64,000 bases of DNA, from the NCBI GenBank assembly GCA_964016885.1, contig OZ024740.1, forward strand, positions 336,350,001 to 336,414,000, read 5' to 3'. The notes below the pieces were generated by a model, which saw only the letters and a program-made list of their open reading frames with translations, did not search any database and had not been told where the DNA came from. Shown here one piece after another: positions 55,505-64,000 of the stretch; positions within the stretch are counted from its first letter, which is position 1, and each line of letters opens with the position of its first letter. The position numbers and the translations under genes were made by a program. The stretch is from Eledone cirrhosa. Lineage: Eukaryota.

Positions 55505-55790
55505 ATAAAACGAAGGAGTTGTGGTAAGGAACCAGATGGACCATAACGCACCAGAGTACTCAATACTTAGGGTAGTAGAGTGGGTAATAGGAAAAAGTAT
55601 GACCCCGACGGCAGAGCTCAAGCCGTTTCGACGGCTATTTCTGGACTAAATTAGAAATTTTAGCCTGGTAAATAAATAGCCCATTTTTTTTTTTTTTTAA
55701 GAGCATTTATTTACCAGGCTAAAAATTCTAATTTAGTCCAGAAATAGCCGTCGAAACGGCTTGAGCACTGCCGTCGGAGTCATACTTTTT

Positions 55791-55794
<4 letters not shown>
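55505..55794 (-). mobile_element. Fold-back copy of the 28.4-29.1 kb family (3' half of the HHR in both arms)
   Basis: 55505-55680 is the reverse complement of about 28954-29127; palindrome 55587-55794; ends in (TA)n. Confidence 0.8.
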
Positions 55795-55825
<31 letters not shown>

Positions 55826-55851
55826 AGAAGTTGACGGACCCAGCATATTTA

Positions 55852-55955
<104 letters not shown>

Positions 55956-57000
55956 TATGTGTATGTGTGTGTGTCTATGTGTATGTGTGTGTTATATCAT
56001 TTCTTTCTCCAATTGCATTCCATCTACTGAAATCGTTCACTTTTTTGTTTTCTGTGACAGGATAAATTCCCAATGTAGAGAATACAGTGAAAGTTCAAGC
56101 CTATGTAAGTTACATACTCTGTATAGTTCTTTCTTTTACCAATCATCAGAAGACTCACATTTCGATATCCTAATATTTCAAAGGTAGAGCTCACGAATAA
56201 TGTTATTTTTATTATTAATTTAATTGTTTCTACTTTTGGCACAGGCCAGCAATTACCCAGTACATTACTGGTACTTTATTTTATCGACCCCGTAAGCATT
56301 ATATGTATTATATGTATTAGCATTATATATAGAGCGTCGGACAGCATGTGTTGCGGCATATAATTACAGCCCTTTACGTTCTGATTACAAATCCCACCGA
56401 AGTTAGTTTCGCTTTTCATTTTTGCGGGATCGATAAAATAAAATACCAGTAACGCACTGTGGTCAATTTAATCGATTGTCCTATCCCCCAAAACAATGTT
56501 GGACTTGTGTCTGAATCGAAAATCATTATTGGGGGGTTTAAATTATTGGTATTTTTTTAACTTATACATAAACCGTGGATGTACTGAGATAAATGAAATG
56601 AAATAGAGGTAAGAACAGCATTCTCTTTATCCACCAAGTTGGACACATTCAATGAGTATTAAATGGCAGTATTAGAGCGCAACTAATATGATCTGTCAAT
56701 GATACAAAACAAAATATTGCATTAACGATAGGAGAAAATCAAACTACATTTTGTGTCAGAAATTAAATGTACGAAGGCGTTTGTCTCTCTTTCCGTCTAT
56801 AAACAGCCTTTACTTTTTCGCTGAGGGTCGGACCTAGCTATGTAATAGAATAATTCAACAATACAATAGATGTTGATTTGATCATTACCAAGCAAAATAT
56901 ATAAACACCCATCCTTCTTTCAGCACATACATACATACATACATACATACATACATACATACATACATACATACATACATACATACATACATACATACAT

Positions 57001-58355
57001 ACAATTGATGTTAAAACTCGAAAAATTTTAATCAAAACACCGGAAATTTCCACATCAACGTAAGCATGGAGGCAGAGGGCTAACATAAGTCCAGACAGCA
57101 TTTGAATGTCACATCATATCCCTCCGACAACATTTACGAACCTCAAAAGGCCCATTTATTGAGCAAGTCTATCTGCATGAGACAGATACGTTCATGAGAG
57201 TTGGGTAGGAACTCCTTGAAAGGTACTCCCTAAATGATAATCAAAACCTCACACCCAGGGAAATTGCCCAGCAATACCACAGTGAATCCATGGATGAAAA
57301 ACTGTATGCTTATCAGCAAAAGGTCTTGCATGGATATGATGCCAGGAAGCTCCAAAGTAAGAGTAATATAGATAAGCAAAGTACTCTATCTTGTACCAAC
57401 AACTACTATATTGGCTCCCACGTTGAAGGATATGCTTTTGCAATCCAAGAACAGGAAATCAACACAAAATACCTGATTCACAAAAGAGATCGGGATGCAG
57501 GCAAAACACCTATATGGGACAAGTACAGACTCCGCAGAATTAACAAGATGTCACCCACTGCAGAATTAACAAGATGTCACCCAAGTCATTAGCAGCTATC
57601 CAAAGATGTCATCACGGTACTATCTACCTATGAGGCATGATGTAGTGGCTAAAATACAGTACAATGCAATCCGTAGAAAAGAAAGCCCCGATAATAAACA
57701 CATTAAAAGCTACAGCATACATATACATAATATGAAAGAGTACTGGTGGAATGTTTCAGTAAAAACCCCAATAAAATGCAGACACAACAGACCAGATATA
57801 ATGATATGGGACAGAGAAAAGAAGACATGCACAGTAGTGGAAGTTAACTGTCCAGCAGATGCCAATATAATATAAAAGATTAGCGAAAAGGAGAATATTT
57901 ATGCAGAACTGATGAAAAATCTGCAGATACTCCACCTTGATTACACCTTCAGATTTATGCCTGTGATTATTGGGGCACTAGAATATGTTAGCAACTGCCT
58001 CAGTACAAATCTTGAGAAGCTGGGCTTCACAGAAACAGAGAGAACACTAGTTAAGAAATTACAAGTACAATCCATTAATGGAACAGCAAAAATATACTAA
58101 ACATTCCGAAGGTTCTGTATCTAATAACTGCATATACACATGTACAGATACAAAGCATATGCACGTGCACATATATAACTCAAACCATATACATCCACAC
58201 ATACATTGACATCCATACCTGCACATACATGCATACATGCATACATGCAGACATATCTACCTAGCTGATGTTGTGTAAATTCCAATGAGAGAGTCTTGTA
58301 TCTATGTTAGAAACCGACTCTTTCTCTATTGGTAAAAATTATAAAACCAGAACAT
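57001..58355 (+). mobile_element. Second, decayed R4/Dong-clade copy in (TACA)n
   Basis: Collinear with 44465-45855; contains frameshifts and stops. Confidence 0.92.
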
Positions 58356-59534
58356 ACATACATAAGCTTTCATGTGTGTTTGTATCTATATCTGTTTAGA
58401 TATCTATCTGTGGCTTTATTCTATGTGTATATGGTGAATATACAATCCATCTGAACTACATTTCGGCCCAATTACATATTCAAAAGCTGGCTTTGGCTAC
58501 TGATAATAAGATGTTACTGACGAAAGTCAGCATACTTTATCTTCATTGTACTTCATTTGAACATATATATATCTCAGTTCCTGGATATTTAGTATGAACC
58601 TGCGTGCACAGTACCATTCTTCATCCTCGAAATCTATTTTCTGATTTTTTTGATTTTTTTATTCGCTTATGTCTTTTAAGTATTCTCATAATTATTTATC
58701 ATCTGCCTTACATTCTTTTCTATCATTTTCCGTAAGATATCCTTACTCATCTGATTTATAAGAATTAAATTCATTTGTTTCTGAACGAGGCTAGCAGTGA
58801 TGTACATTTTCAAGGCTGGTTGTATCGAGTTGCATAATTACCATCGAAGAGTTTGCTCATTGATATTTGCTCCCTGAAACGATCGTACAACAACATATTC
58901 AGTAGTATAGGATGAAAGCTATGAGAAGTAGTAGCAGCAGCAATAGCAGCAGTCACATAGGAGACATAGCAAGAGTGTTAGAGAAGCAATGTTGCAGAAC
59001 GCAAACCGAACTTTGCAAGAGAGTGTGAATGTGACTTCAGAAATAAATGATATTTCACTATCTCAATATTTGCTCAGTTCTATTTGTATACAAATCTAAA
59101 CTATACGATCTGAGAGAATTGGTGTGCTCTGATTGATAAACTCGTGTTATTAGTGATTTTAATATCTGTGAAAAATATTTGTATGTTTTGCTTGTTTTTT
59201 AATTCCATTAGTTTAGAGGAAGAATGATCTATGGTCATATGGTCAAAGATATTAATTCTTTATATCACACTCATGAAATGAAATAAATAAATATAACCTA
59301 TAAATACATATAGGCTATAAGTCGTATAGTATCGTGGGTTGTACGTCTCCAGTTAGCCAATTATTGGTTCGTTATATTTGCGAAGACAAGAGTGGTAATG
59401 TAAAGTCTATGCAACGTGATTGGAATAAATTTTGCATGGCGAAGCAATTGTTTATCCGTTTTTTCGTCGGTGTTTACACACACACACACACCCGCTCACA
59501 CGCACACACACACATATATATATATATTTATATT

Positions 59535-60722
<1,188 letters not shown>

Positions 60723-61862
60723 GGGAGAGAGAGAGATGGATGGATAGATTAAAGTTTAAGAATCGCTGCTTTCACACTTAAAGTGATCTTCTGAAACTAA
60801 AAAAAAAACAATCCGTGAACGCAGAAGTAAATATTTCGAAAACCGTTGCAAACGAAGGAAAACATGAAGACGATACTATGGTTCGTGAAGATGTTCCCTG
60901 GCAATGAACGGAAAAAAGCGAAGATAATACGTCGTTATGTGGATCGATGAGAACAATTAGACAAAACCACGTTTATGGTATAAATGGAGTCATTAGACTA
61001 ATATTCTATTTAGGAAACCGAATGATTCTCGGCTTCGGACTTAAGAATAATGTAAATAAATTAGTTTATTTACTTTATTCGGTGCAATGCACTTTATTCG
61101 GTGCACTAACAATTCAGGTAGTCTAGTCATGCTCTGTTACTACATTTCTTCGACACCGAAAGAACGTGAGACAAAGCTGACTTCGGTAGGATTTGAATCC
61201 AGAACGTGAAGAGCCGGAACGAATTCAATTATTCCGATACTCTAATCATGCTGCCTATCCATAGAATGACGTAAAATTATCTTTGCAAGACATAGTTTTT
61301 TGAAGAGGTCAAATAAGTTAAAGTAATTATATAATAATGTTCGTAAAATGGAAAATATTAAAATGCATCCTAAGTAAAATGAAAAATTTAAAGTGATGTG
61401 TTAATTGCACGAAATGGAAAAATTCGTACACCAGTATATGTTTGTAGTATGGGAATTGGTAAAGATTAGAATAATCTATTGAAAAGCTAATATAAAGAGA
61501 CATGAGTAATATGGTGTTATTGTATAAGAGGAAAAATTAATGTGTAAAAAGAATAAAGAAATATGAAAATATAGAAATGATACTGGCGAAAAATGCAATT
61601 GTGAGATAGTATGTGTGAAGGTATATAGTGCATAAGTGCAAATATAGTAACACAGGTAAATACAAATGTGTTAAAAGATAACTATATTTCGTAACATAAA
61701 GAACTGTAATTATAGGTAAATGCATTAAGCCGTTAGAAATATATCTCAAACCATAGAGATAATTCATCATACAACAAAAAGGTTAACGTTTACATAAATG
61801 CACACATCCAACGAAATAACATTAACCACACACCAAAATATACATTTATATAAGTGTATGTA

Positions 61863-61971
<109 letters not shown>

Positions 61972-62237
61972 GCGTATGTACATGTGCGTGTATGTTAATG
62001 TGTATGCATGTTTATCCATATACATACGTGTGTGAATGTACTGAAACACATTATACGCATATCTATATGTATATGTATTATGCTTACATACATAGTTATA
62101 TACAAATACATACGTATACATACACACAGGCATAAATGTGCATATACTGACGTGCTCAAGCGTATATACACGCGTATACGCATATATACGCAAATACACA
62201 TATATACGCATACACGCATATACGCATACGCACATAC

Positions 62238-62299
<62 letters not shown>

Positions 62300-63640
62300 T
62301 TGTGTGTTTGTGTGTGCGCGCGCATGCGTATATACATATATACATAAGTATTTTTGCCCAAATACAGACTGTTCGCCTGCATATTTTCACATGCTATTCG
62401 TGTATATACGCCTGTATACAATTAAACTAAGTAAAAAACTGAATAAGTATATGGGATGTGTTTATGAAACAGTGTAGGTCATGGTTATGGGATTATACAT
62501 TAAAAAATAACAACTATTAATAAATATAATCAATATATGGAAGTATATATGGAATCACAATTAAAATAAAAGTAAAAATAAAGTATGAAATGGATCATAC
62601 AAAATTAAAAGTGAAAGTAAAATTTAAATTGTGAAGAGCATGTGGTTTTAGACAGTAAATATGAAATAGTGGGATTATCTAGGATAAATAGACTAATCCT
62701 CTCTTTGTATATGATTTGAAGAGAAAACTTAGTGTATTTAGTGTAAGGTTAGAATGAAATGTTAGCCTCAGTGTGTGTTGTTAAACTATTTGTAGAATAG
62801 GATTGAGAAGTTGTAAAGAAATATTACTAATATATTTATGTAATGAATCAAACAGCGTGCATTTAAATGTCATAGAGAATGTTAGCAATGCGACATTATA
62901 TGCTAAAGGTTTGTATTGAGTGTTTATTGAGTTAAGGTACCTGAGATATGTAAGAAGGTTGAGATGTAAAAGGTTTGTAAAAGTCTATATCTTCTATATT
63001 TCATGTTCGCAAGAACATCTTTCAGAATATTTATTGAGAGTGGAAGGTCGAAGATAAAATGATTGCTAGGCTGTTGTGAATGGATTGTCTTAATATTAAA
63101 TTTAAAGGTCTTAGTTTCAAGGTTTATTGTATTAAATATGAAACTCTCCTCTCTGTCCTTGTCTCACTGCCTCATTTATAGCTCTTTACTCTCTCCTTAC
63201 TTTGCTGCCCTACAACATATACTAGTAGTTCAATATGTTTTTACTCTCAGTTCTACAAAATCCAATGGTGAATGAAACAAATGTGTAAACACAGTTATAC
63301 ATATATGCTTATATGAACACAACTACACTATATTAGTGCTACTGCTCATCAATATTCGCCAATCAAGTTCGCACTATGTGCAAATGAACATCTTCAGCCG
63401 ATACTTCATACGCAAAAATCATATTGGCTTTAGTCAATTTATTTCCATTTCAGTACCAAGTGAGTAGATATCATCGATAAAGGATTAGAATCCTGAAACT
63501 GTTGTCTAGCATTCTCCCTAACTATCTGTTATATAATCATAGCTCAAAATATTCGGAGCGGGTCTCTCATATATTTATTGTACATAAACATATCGCACAT
63601 TTACACCACTATTAGGAACAACATCACTTTAGTGCTACTA

Positions 63641-63749
<109 letters not shown>

Positions 63750-63778
63750 GTTAAGTGTGTAAAGTTACAGGTAAAGAC

Positions 63779-63873
63779 TCATATATCTGAAGAGCTTTCG
63801 ATTACTTAATTGGGCCCTATCATGATCGATCGTACCTTCAGTTGATCGATAACGAAACAAGTGTCATGTGTGA
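63779..63873 (+). ncRNA. Type I hammerhead ribozyme just downstream of a (TA)n tract
   Basis: tcatatat-CTGAAGA-gctttcgattact...agttgatcgataac-GAAA-caagtg-TC-atgtgtga. All 8 stem I positions pair (2 G-U). GUC cleavage site at 63865. Confidence 0.78.
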
Positions 63874-64000
63874 ATAAAATATGTATATGATGCAATCTTG
63901 ATGCTTTTTTCAATTTGTTTAATTTTGTGTAAACAAGAATTAAAAATTTCAGAGCGTTTGTTAATAATTTTATGCCTACTATTTATGATGTGTAAAGTCT

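Noticed and set aside
56120-56170. Minus-strand CTGATGA...GAAA
   Set aside because: Stems I and II cannot form.

Overview
Repeat-saturated animal genomic DNA, intronic or intergenic. The SINE families and the dense (TA)n/(CA)n/(TACA)n microsatellites suggest a coleoid cephalopod such as Octopus (inference). No complete host gene, rRNA, tRNA gene or CRISPR array is supportable; there are three candidate small + strand exons. Coding content is retroelement-derived: an uninterrupted Tx1/L1-group ORF2 (1-3283) plus three decayed relatives, a nearly full-length RTE LINE ending in three C2H2 fingers (48480-52015, minus), two R4/Dong-type copies in (TACA)n, a twin-primed RTE-like LINE, and CR1/Jockey remnants. 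There are also about 25 SINE copies, MITEs, a mariner end and a Helitron end. The main result: at least six sequence-unrelated, non-coding elements in (TA)n tracts each carry a hand-foldable type I hammerhead ribozyme (HHR), five with the canonical CUGANGA...GAAA...UH core and one with a U3-A8 variant, nearly all with a palindromic stem/loop III. Most have inverted or circularly permuted architectures implying tandem or circular monomers of about 420-730 nt. They look like a diverse population of Penelope-mobilised, retrozyme-like RNAs. All folds were derived by eye and need computational and biochemical confirmation.
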